DNA of 63,662 nucleotides, counting the filler, from Reclinomonas americana ATCC 50394 (Eukaryota), in NCBI GenBank assembly GCA_048213135.1. It is 10 parts of 5 records of this genome, joined end to end, with 100 filler letters (N's around TTAATTAATTAA, not from the genome) between each part and the next. Parts side by side here need not be neighbours in the genome. Positions count along the whole stretch, not along the records: positions 23,820 to 32,980 come from PS015427.1; positions 33,081 to 45,891 come from PS015427.1; 8 more parts are not named here. One strand, given 5' to 3'. The number at the start of each line of letters is the position of its first letter. Position 1 is the first letter of the stretch. Positions 25,526 to 38,132 of the stretch are shown one piece after another. Under the pieces are notes generated by a model. That model worked only from the letters and a program-made list of their open reading frames with translations, did not search any database and was not told the origin of the DNA. A program made the position numbers and the translations under genes.

Positions 25526-28500
25526 AAGAGAGAGAGAGACTGAGAGGACTTGGAGACTTAGAGGTTGAGAGAGACTGAAAGAGACTGAAGGAGATTGAGA
25601 GAGCGTGGCAGAAGGAAGATTTGTTCCGTACAAGGAGAGTTCCCTGGTCACAGGGATAAGGGTCAAGCGGCAGGACAAGGGTCAGGGGTCAAGGGTTATG
25701 GGTCAGAGAACCGACAGAGATCAAAGGAGGGGTGGATGTGTGTGTTCTTTGCCGTCGACTCCACCTTCGACAAACTGGTTTTACTATTTTCGTTTGCTCT
25801 CCACTCTTCCCCCCGTATCGCGTTCTGTTGTCTTTCTGTTTCTCTTCTGCACCTCTGTGCTGTGCTCAGTTTCTCGTCTTCACCATAGACTCCTCTTGTC
25901 GACAAGCTGGTTTAACTATTTCGTTTGCTCTCCACTCTTCCCCCATCTTCTTTTCGTGATCTCCTGTATCTCTACTGTGCTCTTTACCATAGACTCCTCA
26001 TTTCGACAAACTGGTTTAACAATTTCGTTTGCTCTCCACTCTTCCCCCCGTTTCGCGTTCTGTTTTGCATGTGTTTCTCTCCATTATCTCCTGCAACTCT
26101 GCTGTGCTCAATTTCTCATCTCTCGTCTCCGACGTGATCCTTGTTGAGGTCCAACGCGCTTTTATTACGCTCGTCGTCTCAGAATCGAGGTTCCTTTCTC
26201 AGCCTCATCTCTCAACTCGTTTTGCAGGCTGCGTGTCGAGGCCCTCGGCGTGTTCCATCAACGAGCCCTCAGCGACGACATTCAGCAGTACTTAGAGCGT
26301 CTCACAGTTGCGGCAACGAGTTTTGTCTATTGTGACGATGCTGATGGCTAATGCTCTTTTGCAGAACGAGTTGAACATTACTCGCGACTCGCTGGCGCGT
26401 CAGTTGGAGCTGGAGATCTCGGAGCGATTCATGCGGCATGCGGATGATCTGGTGTCGGATATTGAGCGGGAGAAGTGCGAGTCGTTTGGTGATTTGGTGC
26501 GGGCCGTGAATGTCAGGATGGAAGGTATGTGATGGGAAGGGTGGAAGGGGGAAGGGTGGAAGAGGGGGAAGGGGGAAGGGATAGAGGCGGGAGGGGAAGG
26601 GAGAGAGGGGCGAAGTGAGAGATGGAGCAGTAGATTGTAGATGTTTGCGTGGGTGAAGTAAGGAGAGGAGGGAGAAGGGTGGAAAGGAGAGAGAGAGATT
26701 GGGGAATGAACAAGGGTGTGTGTGGAGATGGACAAGCGAGATGAGAAGCAGAATATATGAAAGGTCGCAGGGGTGAAGAAAGGAGAAGTGGAAGGGGAGG
26801 TTAGTCAGGAAAAGGGAGATGGGACAGAGACGGAACGGTGGGGTGAGAGGGGAGGCAGATGACGAGGAGAAGGAGGGCGAGGCAGCGAGAATGCTATATT
26901 GGAGAAGGCTCAAAGGGATGGGAGATGATGAGGGGCACGGTGAGAGGAACAGTCGAGGGTCTTGTAAATTGTGAAGATAGGCCAGTTGTCAGTCACTTCT
27001 CGTTCTTGTTGGATTCTGTTTGCGGTTGTCGTTCTTCGCCACAATTCCTGTTTATTTCACCCAGTGCTTGTGATTTCCGACGTTGCCTCATTGCCCGTTT
27101 CCTTTCCCCCTTCCCTCCTAGAATTCTACAACCAACACGGCGAGCAACGTGCCTTCCAGCTGCGAAGCGCTCACATCTTCTCGCGCGTGCTGCGTGTGAT
27201 GCTGAGTGGAGCTGAGCGTCTGGAGGATGCGCGAACGCGAGCGGAGCAGGTGTGGCACCTGCTGTAGCTCTATGTTGTGTGTGCTCTTCTTTTGTATTGA
27301 TGATTGGGCAGGCCATGGAGCGCGAGCTGTCGGATGCGCAGTTGACTGTTGAAGATATGCAGCGTCGACTGGAGGTGTCGCAGGTAGGGGAGGGGGCGGA
27401 AGGGGAGGGGGCGGAAGGGGAGGGGGCGGAAGGGGAGGGGGCGGAAGGGGAAGGGGAAGGGGCAGAAGGGGAAGGGTGAGAGGGAGGCAAGGGGAGAGAG
27501 TAAGAGAACGAGATTGAGAGAAGAAATGTTCCTGTCATTCGGAGTGGTCGACGACAGTGCGGTCGACTGTACTGAGTCAATAGGCTGCTGAAGATAGGAA
27601 GTGGGGGATTGAGGCAAAGAGAGCTTGTTTCTTTCGAGCGGACGATCGAGAGATGAGATTTCGCACGTACCAAGTGTAGAGAGAGTTGTACCTGTGAGAT
27701 ATTGATAGATCGATTCCGCAAGCACGCACTCGCTTACACACACCAACGAGAAGAAGAGTGTATGTGTGAGAGAGAGAAAGAGAGAAAGTGGCAGATGTGC
27801 ATTGACAAGGTCAGGCAGGGAAAGAGAAAGCGATATATATTAACAGGCTTGACACGTGCCGGCGCCCGCGCATACTGACGAGCAGACAGAGAGAGATAGC
27901 GGAACTGAATGAGTGACAGAATTTCCACACTCAGACACACGGGAAGAGGTCAAGGAGAGATAGAGAGAAGTAGAGAAAGTTGCAGATGTGCATCGACAAG
28001 TTCTGGATGGAAAAGAAAAGCGAGAAATATTACAAGGCTTGACACTTGCCGGCACCCGCGCACTGACGAGCAGACAGAAAGAGAGTTAGCAGAACTGAAT
28101 GAGTAACAGTATTTCCACTCGGACACACGGGGAGAGGTCAAGGAGATAGAGTGTGTGTGTGTGAGAGAGAGAGAGAGAAATGTAAGGGAGAGCACGCCGC
28201 ACTTGACACGCACAGGCACCCACGCACACAAAAGAGAGGTGAAAAAGAGATTGAGGAAGAGAGAGTGCATCAGTGTCCGCGATTGAGAGACTGAGCAATT
28301 GCGTGACAGCATTTCCACGCACTCGTACAGGGTCATTTGTTTAGAGACGATGCTGTCAAACACCATGAGCTTGGAGCCCCTTGTGATTCTCACTCGCCCT
28401 CCTCCCTCCACAGCAAGAAATCGAGGCACTGCGTCAGGAGGCGCAGGACTTTGCCGACACGGAGGGCAGCATGCAGCGGGAGTTGCAGCGATTGCGCTCA

Positions 28501-31339
28501 CAGGCGTCGGTTTGTTTGCGCGTCCTTCTTGGTAATTGCAGCTCCTCCCACTCATCTTTTTGCTCCACAGGCTGGAGACAGTGAATTGGGTGTCCTGCAA
28601 GCCGACTATCATCGCCTGGAGCAGCAGTACCAGGAGCTGGAGGTTTGCTGCTCTGTGTTGAGATAGGTGTTGCGAGTCGTGGCTCATGTTCGTGACATTT
28701 GCAGCGTGCCTCGCGTGCGCAAGTCGACCAGAGCCGGACCAGCGAGTCGCGATACGAGGATCGCTTGCATCGTGTGCAACGTGACGCGTCGGAGAAGGTG
28801 ATTTGTATGCAACCAAGGTTAATCCCTCACAGCTCCTGATCTCCGCCTCGCTGGTACAGATCGACCAGTTGACGCAGCAGATTGCCATGTACGAGGAGGA
28901 GATTGCGGTCGGTCGCGCGCACAGGCGTTGATGTTCCGCTGTATGAATTTCACTCATTCTTTGGTGATAGGGTCTTCGCAACTCGTGCGCAGAGCTGGAG
29001 TCGCAGCTGTTGGAGCAGGGTGGTCGCGGGTCGGCTGCTGCTGGTAGCGGTGGAGATGCGGACTATTGGCGCGAGAGGTACGAGCGGTTGTTGGAGGATT
29101 ACAACATTCTGGCGGATGAGAGTACGGTGAGTGTGGGGAGTGGGAGAGGATGTTGGGAGGAGCGAGGGAGGGAGGGCGGAGGGAGAGAGGGGGAGGAAGG
29201 GTGCAATGGGAGGGTGACTGATGTGGGAGACGTGTGTGTGTGTGTGCAGGCTGCGGATCAGGTGGTGGCGCAGGTGGCGTTGGAGGTGAGATGGGGGAAG
29301 AGAGGGGGAAAAGAGGGGAAGGGAGGAGCGAGGAGAGAGAGAAGAGGGGAGGAGTGCCGAATGAAGAGCGATGATGATGAAGAGGAAAAGATAAGAGAGA
29401 CATGGTGAAAGGCAGGGGAGAAGAGAGGAAGGAGTGAAGAAACTGACAAGAGAGACGAATCGCGAAGGATGAGACATGGGAGGGAGGGGAAGGGTGAATG
29501 TGTATTTGTGTTAAGAGAGGCGAAGATGAGAGAGGAGAGGGGGAAAGAGCTGCAAAATATGTGCGAATGGGTGAGGATAGGAGAGAGGAATGAATGAGCG
29601 GGTGACAAGGGAGAGGAGTGTTGGAGGATGAGACATGGAAGGGAGGGGAAGGGTGAATGTGTATTTGTGTTAAGAGAGACGAAGATGAGAGAGGAGAGGG
29701 GGAAGGAGCTGCGAAATCTGTGCAAATGGGTGAGGATAGGAGAGAGGAAGGAGTGAGCGGGTGACAAGGGAGAGGAGTGTTGGAGGATGAGACATGGAAG
29801 GGAGGGGAAGGGTGAATGTGTATGTGTGTGAAGAGAGACGAAGATGAGAGAGGAGAGGGGGAAGGAGCTGCGAAATCTGTGCAAATGGGTGAGGATAGGA
29901 GAGAGGAAGGAGTGAGCGGGTGATAAGGGAGAGGAGTGTGAAAAGGGAGAATGAGAGACATGTTGAGAGGAAGGAAACTTGATCCGTCCCAAAACCATCA
30001 GCTTGTGCTCCCAATCTCATCTCTCGTATTATCCTTGCGCAGCGCCGACAAGAGGACAGCGAAGTTGCGCATGATTCCCTCTTTGTAACCCTTCTCGTCC
30101 TCCTTTCTCACTCTCCTCTCCCACCGCAGATGCAGGAGGTCGACGACTCGACGCCGCGCAAGAGCGCCGCTGCCGCACGTGGCACGCCGTCGAGCTCACG
30201 CCGGCGTGGGCGGCAGAGCGAGGTCGACATGGACGGCATCAATCAGTTCATTGCGTCGACTGTGAAGGTGCGGCTCCACGTGCGACTGTTCTTCTGCAGT
30301 TGTCTGTCGCACTGAGCGTGTGTATTGTGAGCAGAAGGAGAAGGGCACGCCGAAGCGTGCTCCCGAGGACGAGGGAGCTGGTCAGCCAGCTTCGAAGCGT
30401 CGTGTGGTGCGTGGCAGTTGCACTCGCGGTTCTCTGTTGCAGTGACTCACTCGCCGATTCGCAGTCGATTGGTGAACCGTTGAAGGATTCGGGTAGCTTG
30501 TCGGTGCCGTTCCTGAAGAACTTCCTGTCGGAGAACTTCCCCACCGAGTATGCCAGTGCGGGGTGAGTGTCGTTTGTGTGCGCGAGGGTGAGCAGGATTC
30601 TGAAGAAAATGTGCGTGCAGTGGCAGCAAGATGACCAAGCCCAAGTTGGTGGAGTTGTACGATCGGTTGAATGGTGGTGGTGGTGACGATGAGGATGGTG
30701 GGGAGGATGACGAGGTGATGGAGCGGGCGCCGGTGAGTGGGGGGGAGAAGGGCAAAGGGGGTAGACGGGGAAAGGAGGGAAGGGGTTGAAGGAGAAGGGA
30801 GAAGGGGGGAGGGGTAAAGGAGAAGGGAGAGAATGTGAGTAGTGGAGGTCGCGTACTGTTAGTTGATTTGTGCGACAGGGAAAACATGATATTGTATGGT
30901 TTGAGTGCAGCACACAGGCGGCGAGAGGATGGGGAGGATGTGAGCACGTACAGTAGTGCGCTGTGATATTAGTGAGATTGATCTTGCTGCATTTCCTAAC
31001 TTATTGTGATATGCTGCAGGTCTCGCAGCGCAGCGCCTCATCCTCGGCCGCCGCCCCGTCCGGGAGCGGTCTGCCTGACCCCGAGTCGCTGACGGCACCG
31101 TTCATGAAGAACCACTTGTCGGAGCAGTTGCGTGTGCAATCATCTTGGTTGTGCCTGATCTGGTGGGAGCTCATTGGGTGCTTTGCATCACAGCTTCCCG
31201 GTCGAGTTCGAGAAGGCCAACGGCCGTGCCATGAAGAAGCAGGCATTGGTCACCCTGGTGAGCAGCTGTGTGTTTGCATGTATGTTTTGTCGGTCGCTGA
31301 CTGGATGTGCCGTTGCAGTGGAAGCGACTGTACAAGTGA
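22088..31339 (+). CDS. Guanylate-binding protein (GBP/atlastin-family GTPase) with long coiled coil and two C-terminal HeH/LEM-like repeats
   Basis: G1 GLARTGKSFLLN, GFEVGNTVIACTKGLWVW, G3 MDTEGLG, RNEIRRSITTLFPRRNCF, LRPEF, FVEAVNSGGLP; heptad-rich exons at 26230-30060; TGA at 31337-31339. Exons are lost in the gap at 23720-23819 and the start codon is tentative. Confidence 0.9.
22640..23480. repeat. Intronic tandem repeat (~190-200 bp unit) in GBP
   Basis: Recurrent GTGGATCGGTGT, AGCGATGTTTCTTGCG, GAGTGAGTGTATCGGT and GATACTGCGTGTGAGTGAGTGCGAGA. Confidence 0.8.
25765..26125. repeat. Intronic tandem repeat (~120 bp unit, 3 copies)
   Basis: CGACAARCTGGTTT..CGTTTGCTCTCCACTCTTCCCCC occurs three times. 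Confidence 0.8.
29465..29940. repeat. Near-identical intronic tandem repeat (~160 bp unit, 3 copies)
   Basis: GGATGAGACATGGRAGGGAGGGGAAGGGTGAATGTGTAT...AATGGGTGAGGATAGGAGAGAGGAA at ~29467, ~29626 and ~29785. Confidence 0.9.
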
Positions 31340-31404
31340 GAGGCGCAGTAGCACAGATAGGTGATGAGAGACGTGGAGGCTGAGTCACGAATGAAAGAGG
31401 GCAT

Positions 31405-32345
31405 CGACCACAGCAACCACCACAAACAAGCAACAGCTGTCTCGGGTGACCAAGTTCAACCGTATCCAAAACATCAACACAGACACCAATCTTGAGGCAG
31501 CAGCGAGCTCCGAACAAGTCGAGAACTGCGATCTTCACCGCATAAGCGTGGTTGACCAGTGGATTTGACGCACTTGCGTAGACNNNNNNNNNNNNNNNNN
31601 NNNNNNNNNNNNNNNNNNNNNNNNNNNNNNNNNNNNNNNNNNNNNNNNNNNNNNNNNNNNNNNNNNNNNNNNNNNNNNNNNNNNNNNNNNNNNNNNNNNN
31701 NNNNNNNNNNNNNNNNNNNNNNNNNNNNNNNNNNNNNNNNNNNNNNNNNNNNNNNNNNNNNNNNNNNNNNNNNNNNNNNNNNNNNNNNNNNNNNNNNNNN
31801 NNNNNNNNNNNNNNNNNNNNNNNNNNNNNNNNNNNNNNNNNNNNNNNNNNNNNNNNNNNNNNNNNNNNNNNNNNNNNNNNNNNNNNNNNNNNNNNNNNNN
31901 NNNNNNNNNNNNNNNNNNNNNNNNNNNNNNNNNNNNNNNNNNNNNNNNNNNNNNNNNNNNNNNNNNNNNNNNNNNNNNNNNNNNNNNNNNNNNNNNNNNN
32001 NNNNNNNNNNNNNNNNNNNNNNNNNNNNNNNNNNNNNNNNNNNNNNNNNNNNNNNNNNNNNNNNNNNNNNNNNNNNNNNNNNNNNNNNNNNNNNNNNNNN
32101 NNNNNNNNNNNNNNNNNNNNNNNNNNNNNNNNNNNNNNNNNNNNNNNNNNNNNNNNNNNNNNNNNNNNNNNNNNNNNNNNNNNNNNNNNNNNNNNNNNNN
32201 NNNNNNNNNNNNNNNNNNGACAAATACATTAGGAAACTTTGAATCGCTTCCCTCGATGAATACTGGTATTTGTTGCAATGCTGCTGTTCCGGATCCGGAT
32301 GTGGTTGGACTCGGTCATCAAGGCAGCTGCTGTCGTTTGTTTGTT
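31405..32345. repeat. Copy of a dispersed element also present at ~59940-60675; inverted arms flank a gap
   Basis: 31405-31583 aligns by eye with 59941-60150 (shared TGACCAAGT, CATCAACACAGACAC.AATCT, AACTGC.ATC.TCACCGCATAA, TTGACGCAC.TGC.TAGAC). 32298-32340 is a reverse-complement copy of part of it. Confidence 0.7.
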
Positions 32346-32516
32346 TGTTGGTAAAGGAATTGCTGATGTCTCTTGGTCATCTCAACGGCTGCTGCTTGCT
32401 TGCTTGCCGTGGCTTGCCTCCCGTTCTCGATATCGATGATGAATTGTTGGACTTCCGATCGACGGTTTTGGTTTCCATCACTTAACTATCACAAACACTT
32501 TCTTCCACCCACGCAC

Positions 32517-33163
32517 ATGCGCGCCTTCGCCGCCCTCCTCTTGCTCCTCAGCATTGTCGCTGCCGCTCATGCCGCCGACACCATGACGCTCGTCAAGCTC
32601 ACACAGGCTGCACAGGTGCGATGAGGCAAAGACGAAGAGAGAGAAAGAGAGTGAAAGGAGGTGAAAGGAGGTGAAGAGAGGAAGGAAGAGCAGAGGAGAG
32701 AGGGAGAGAGTGCGCGTGTTTGTGATGCAAGTGAGCTGTCTGAAATGCGGAGATTCGAGAGTGCGTGTGTGTGTCTCGTTTCTCTCAAGTGTTCTCGCGC
32801 TCTCTCGTCTTTTCATGCCTGTGCGTGTTTGTGTTTGCTGGGTGTGTACGCAGCTTTTGTGCGTGTTTGTGTGCGAGAATGCGTGTGCATTTCAATTTTT
32901 CCGCATGCGGTTTGCATTCCCCCCACTCTCTCACCCTCGCTCTCAGTCTCTCAGTCTCGCGCCTCTCTCTCTCTCTCTCTNNNNNNNNNNNNNNNNNNNN
33001 NNNNNNNNNNNNNNNNNNNNNNNNTTAATTAATTAANNNNNNNNNNNNNNNNNNNNNNNNNNNNNNNNNNNNNNNNNNNNTCTCTCTCTCTCTCTCTCTC
33101 TACTCTCTCTCTCGTCGTCTCGTCTCTCGTCGTCGTCTCTCTCTTCTCTCTCTCTCTCTCTCG

Positions 33164-33221
<58 letters not shown>

Positions 33222-36200
33222 GTCTCTCAGTCTCGCGCCTCTCTCTCTCTCTCTCTCTCACTCTCTCTCTCGTGCGCTCTTGTCGCTCTCATTCACCCCC
33301 TTCCGCCTCATCAGTGTCGTCTCACGCTCATTTTCTCTCCCGTTTGCTCTTTCGCTCTCTCAGTGTCTCTCCGCATGCACCCTCTCTCTCTCGTTCACTC
33401 CCACGCTGTCGTCTCACACGCTCGCTTGCTCGCCCTTGTGCTCTTTCGCTCTCTCAGTCTCTCCCCCCTCTCTCTCCCCTCTCTCTCTGTCGCCTCCTCA
33501 CATCCTCACACGCACTCTCTCTTTTTCCACTTCCCCCGTCCTCTCCTCCCCTCTTTCTCACACTCCCTCTTCCCATCTTCCCATCTCCTTTCTCTCACTC
33601 CCTCTCTCTCTTCTCCTCCTCTCTCTTCCCATCTTCCTCTGTCTCCCCTCCCCCTCTCTCTTCCCTTTCCCTCTCCCTCACCCACTTCCTTCCCATGAAT
33701 GCAGTCGCGTGGAGCCGTGTGCCTGGACGGATCGCCGGGAGGGTAAGTCATGCCAACTCCCGCCTTGACGCAGTCTCGCCATGACGAGTCTGCTCTTCGC
33801 AGATACTACTTCCGCCAGGGTGCCTCCGACAAGTTTGTTATCAACTTCCAAGGTGCGTGACTGAAAGCGCGAGGGTGTTATTTTCTTCTCGCTCCCATCT
33901 CTCTCCACTCGCAGGCGGCGGCTGGTGCTACAACGAGCGCGAGTGCCTCGATCGCTCCAAGACCAACCTCGGTTCCACCAACAATCTGTTGCGTCCGCGT
34001 CTCTACCTCGCTCGCTTTGCGCACCGCGCCTCTCATTCCCTCGTTCGCAGGCCCGCCACCATCGGTGCCCCGTCGGCGGCGTGCTCGAGCGAGTTGCGTT
34101 GCACCAACTGCCGGTCTCGATGATGCAGTGACTGACTGGCAGTGTCATGCAGCACGAATGTCAATCCCGATTTCCATGATTTCACGGTGCGCACTGCTCC
34201 CTGTCTCTGATTGTTTTCTGCTTGGGCGTATCACCGCCGTCTTGCTTGCTCTGTTTTGAGCTTTCTCTATCTCCTCTCGACTGCTTTTGCTTGTTTTTAC
34301 CTGAGATGCTCTCTCTCTCTCACACTCTCTCTCACTCTCTCTCTTTTCTCTCTCTCTCTCTCACACGTACATACACCCACACACACAGACGCATCTTCCA
34401 TTTGTGTCTTTTGTGTCTATATAGCTCCTTCTATCCCCTCCCTTTCCCTTTTTCTCGCCATCTATCTCGTATCTCTCTCGCTCTCCATCTCTTCTCCTAA
34501 TCTCCCTCTTTCTCTTTGCGTGTCGCTCTCTCTCTCTTCTTGTTCTCAGTCACCTTGTGTCTTCTTTCTCTCTGTCATTCTATCCCTCTTTCTCTCCCAT
34601 ACTCTTGCACATCCCGCATCTCTTCCTTGTCCGTCTCACCCGTTCTCCTTTCTCTTGTGTCTCTTTCAGTCTTCTTCTCCCTCATTTATCTTCTCTTCCC
34701 CGTCCCCTTTCCCTCCCTCCCTCTCTCCCCCTCACTCTCCCTTCCTCCTCCATTCCTCTTCGCAGATGGTGTTCGTGCCCTACTGCGACGGCGCCAGCTA
34801 CTCGGGCGACAACGCTTCCCCGTCCAACGTCGGCGGTACCAACATTTACTTCCGCGGCGGCCGCATTCTCACCGGTGCGCAGCTACACACTTTCTCTGTC
34901 GCTCTCCTTCACGCACTGCTGACTTGCTGCCACAGCCATTCTCGACGACCTGGTGTCGAAGCACGGATTCAGCGGCGCTCGCCAGGTGCTGGTCACTGGC
35001 GGCAGCGGTGAGTGGGAAGCGCTGGCGTGAGATGATCACGGTGTTGACGAATGCTTGTGTGGCGGTGGTTACAGCTGGCGGTTTGGCGGCGTACCTGCAC
35101 GTGGATTACATTGCCTCGCGCGCCTCGGCGTCGGCCGTGGTCAAGAGTGCGCCGGATGGGTGAGTGGGAGAAAGGGGAGGGTAGAGAGCATGCACAAGAG
35201 AGAGAGAGAGAGTGCGAGGAAGGGAAGTAAGAACGCGGTCGGCGTGTGTGACGAGAAGGAGAGTGAGAAGGGGAGGGGTATAGAAAGAGAAGATCGGCCC
35301 TTGTCTTTGAGTCCTCGCTCCTTTCGGCGCTCACTTGGTGCGTGCATTGTTACATCTGAGCTGGAAAAAATGGAGAGAGGAAAGAGCAATGCGTGACCCC
35401 GAACAGGTCTGTCTTCTTTCAGCGCTCTCTTGTTGGTGCATTTTTTCGCCTGCGTCGGGAAGAGATTGAGATTGAGAATGAGAAGGACAAACCCTTTCCT
35501 TCGAGTTATCGCCTCTTTCAGACTTAATTGTTGACTGCGTGTTGCACTTGGATGGGGAAAGAAAATAGCATGGCCTTTGCAGCTTTTGTAAGTGGACGAG
35601 AGATGAAAAAAAGAGAAGAACAACCGTCGCCTTTCTCTCGCTCTCACCTGTTGACTGCATTCTTGCACCTGGATGGGAAAGAGACGGAGAAAGGGAAGTG
35701 CGATGCCAGACCCCGAATATGTCTGTCTTCTTTCAGCGCTCTCTTGTTTCGCCTGCGTCGGGAAGAGATTGAGAATGAGAAGAACAAACCCTTTCCTTCG
35801 GGTTATCGCCTCTTTCAACGGTCACTTGTTCACTGCGTTTTGCACCTGGATGGGAAAGAGAATAGCAATGCATGGTCTTTTGCAGCTCTTGTGAGTGGAC
35901 GAGAGATGGAAAAAAGAGAAGAACAACCGTCTCTCTTTTCTCTCGCGCTCACCTGTTGACTGCATTCTTGCACCTGGGTGGGAAAGAGATTGGGAATGTG
36001 AATAGCAATGCACAGCCTTTGCAGCTCTTGTGAGTGGGGAAGAGATAGAGAGAGAAGAACAACCGTCGCCTTTCTCTCGCGCTCACTTGTTTTACTGCGT
36101 TTTGCACCTGTATGGGAAAGAGAATAACAATGCATGGTCTTTGCAGATTTTGTGAGTGGGGAAGAGATGGAAAAAGAGAAGAGCAACCGCTGCTCTCGCG

Positions 36201-37939
36201 CTCACCTTTTGACTGCATTCTTGCACCTGGGTGGGAAAGAGATTGGGAATGAGAATAGCAATGCATGGTCTTTGCAGCTTTTGTGAGTGGGGAAGAGACG
36301 GAAAAAGAGAAGAACAACCGTTGCTCTTAATCTCTTCTCTCTTAATCGCCTGTTGACTATGTTCTTTCTTTTGGTTTCCTCCCTTCCATGATATTATTGC
36401 CGCGTTTCTCACCGGTTGTTTTCCTGTGTCTCTCGCAGTGGCTTCTTCCAGTACATGCGTGCGTTGGTCTCCCTCGTTTGATGATTACCTTGCTGCCTCG
36501 CGCTCATCATTCATTGACAGCCAACGTGCTCAACCAGCCGGTGTACATGAGCGAGATGAACTACGTTTTCAAGGTAACAATTTGGTGTATGTCACTGAGT
36601 CTCGCGCTCTGTCTCATTCTACTCCTGTTGCAGATGCAAAACGTCACGTCGCACCTGGTCGACAACTGCGTCAAGAGGTGAGTGTCGCTGGCCGTTGTGT
36701 CCCTCGCTGTTTTCCTCAATGCTTCTTCATCGTAGCACCCCGGCCGGCGAAGCGTGGCAGTGCTTCTGGGCTGAGTTCTCTCTTCCGCTCACCAAGGTGT
36801 GTGCGTCGTTGTGTCGAGTGACTTGATGCAGTTTGTTTACTCGCTTTTGTTCAGTCACCGGTCTTTGTGATCAACTCGCTGTACGACGCGTGGCAGGTGG
36901 GTGGTTGGTGGGCACAAGGGCAGAGGGAGAGGGGCGGAAGGCGAAGGGACAAGGAGAAGGGATGGGAGGAGATGCGATGGGAGGAGAAGGGATGGGAGGA
37001 GGTGGGATAGGAGGAAGAGGAATGCGAGCAGACGGGAGGAGAAGAGATGAGAGGAGAAGGGGTGGGAGTAGGGATGGGAGGAGAAGGGAGGGGAGCAGAT
37101 GGGGTGGGAGGAGAAGGGATGGGAGGAGAAGGGCTGGGAGGAGAAGGGATGGGAGGAGAAGGGATGGGAGGAGAAGGGATGGGAGGAGAAGGGATGGGAG
37201 GAGAAGGGATGGGAGGAGAAGGGAGGGGAGGAGAAGGGATGGGAGGAGAAGGGATGGCAGGAGACGGGATGGAAAGAGAATGGCGAAGTGACTTGAGGAG
37301 AGGGCCGAAGGATGAGAGTAAAAAGGAGAAGGATGGGATGGGAGGAGAAAAGAGCAGGACATCTGGAACCATGTTTATGGAGCATTTCGTGGAGGCTCTT
37401 TTCTCTCGCTTACTTCGTCTCTCCTTGCCCTTGTCCTCTCCCTTCATCTCCTTGCCCTTTTCTTCCCATCCTCTTCGCCCGTGGTCCTTGTTGGGATAAT
37501 AACCCTCATTTCGTTTCCCTCGCTCCCCCTCTTCAGATGGGCAACATCTTCATGACCCAGGCGCCCGCGTGGAAGGAGTGCGCCGGCAAGCTGGACAGCT
37601 GCACCAGCTCGGAGATCTCGGTCACCAACAGCATTTTCCAAAAGTTTCGTCTCCACCCTCTCCCTCATTCGCCTCCCCTTACCCACTATCCACCGCAGGC
37701 GCATGCTCGACCGCGTGCTCACTCAGCTGCAGCCCAAGGACGGCGCCTTTTTGTTCAGCTGCTGGAGCCACTGCCAGAGCTACGGTCCGGGCGGTTTCGA
37801 CGGCATCAAGATCAACGGCGTGTCGGTGGCCAAGGCCCTCGGCGACTGGTACTACGGCCGCGCCTCGCACAACGTGTACGTCGACTGCACTTTGAACCAG
37901 TCGTCGCCGCACGAGTGCAACAGCTCGTGCTCGGCTTGA
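32517..37939 (+). CDS. Secreted pectin acetylesterase / Notum-family esterase
   Basis: Signal peptide MRAFAALLLLLSIVAAAHA; spliced motifs GAVCLDGSPGGYY, FQGGGWC, NPDF, VFVPYCDGASYSGD, YFRGGRI, nucleophile GGSAGG, DGGFF, NSLYDAWQ, SCWSHCQ; TGA at 37937-37939. Confidence 0.93.
35400..36360. repeat. Intronic tandem array in the esterase gene
   Basis: Many copies of GACTGCRTTCTTGCACCTGGRTGGGAAAGAGA, AATAGCAATGCATGGTCTTTGCAG and AAAAGAGAAGAACAACCG. Confidence 0.85.
37070..37265. repeat. 15-bp minisatellite (GGGATGGGAGGAGAA)n, intronic
   Basis: Directly visible tandem units. Confidence 0.9.
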
Positions 37940-38132
37940 TGAGGAAGAAGGGAGAGGTGCACTCTCCCGCATTTATCACTCTTTCTTTCGTTGTGCTGCG
38001 TGCACGATGCGTGTTGGTGTTACTCTGTCTCGCAAGTGACAACTTCAGTCAATCTCTTCTAGATTCGCTGCGTGATGTTCCTTGTGCGGCCTCTTCCATC
38101 GATCACGACGAGTGAAAATTGATTCCTTGCGT

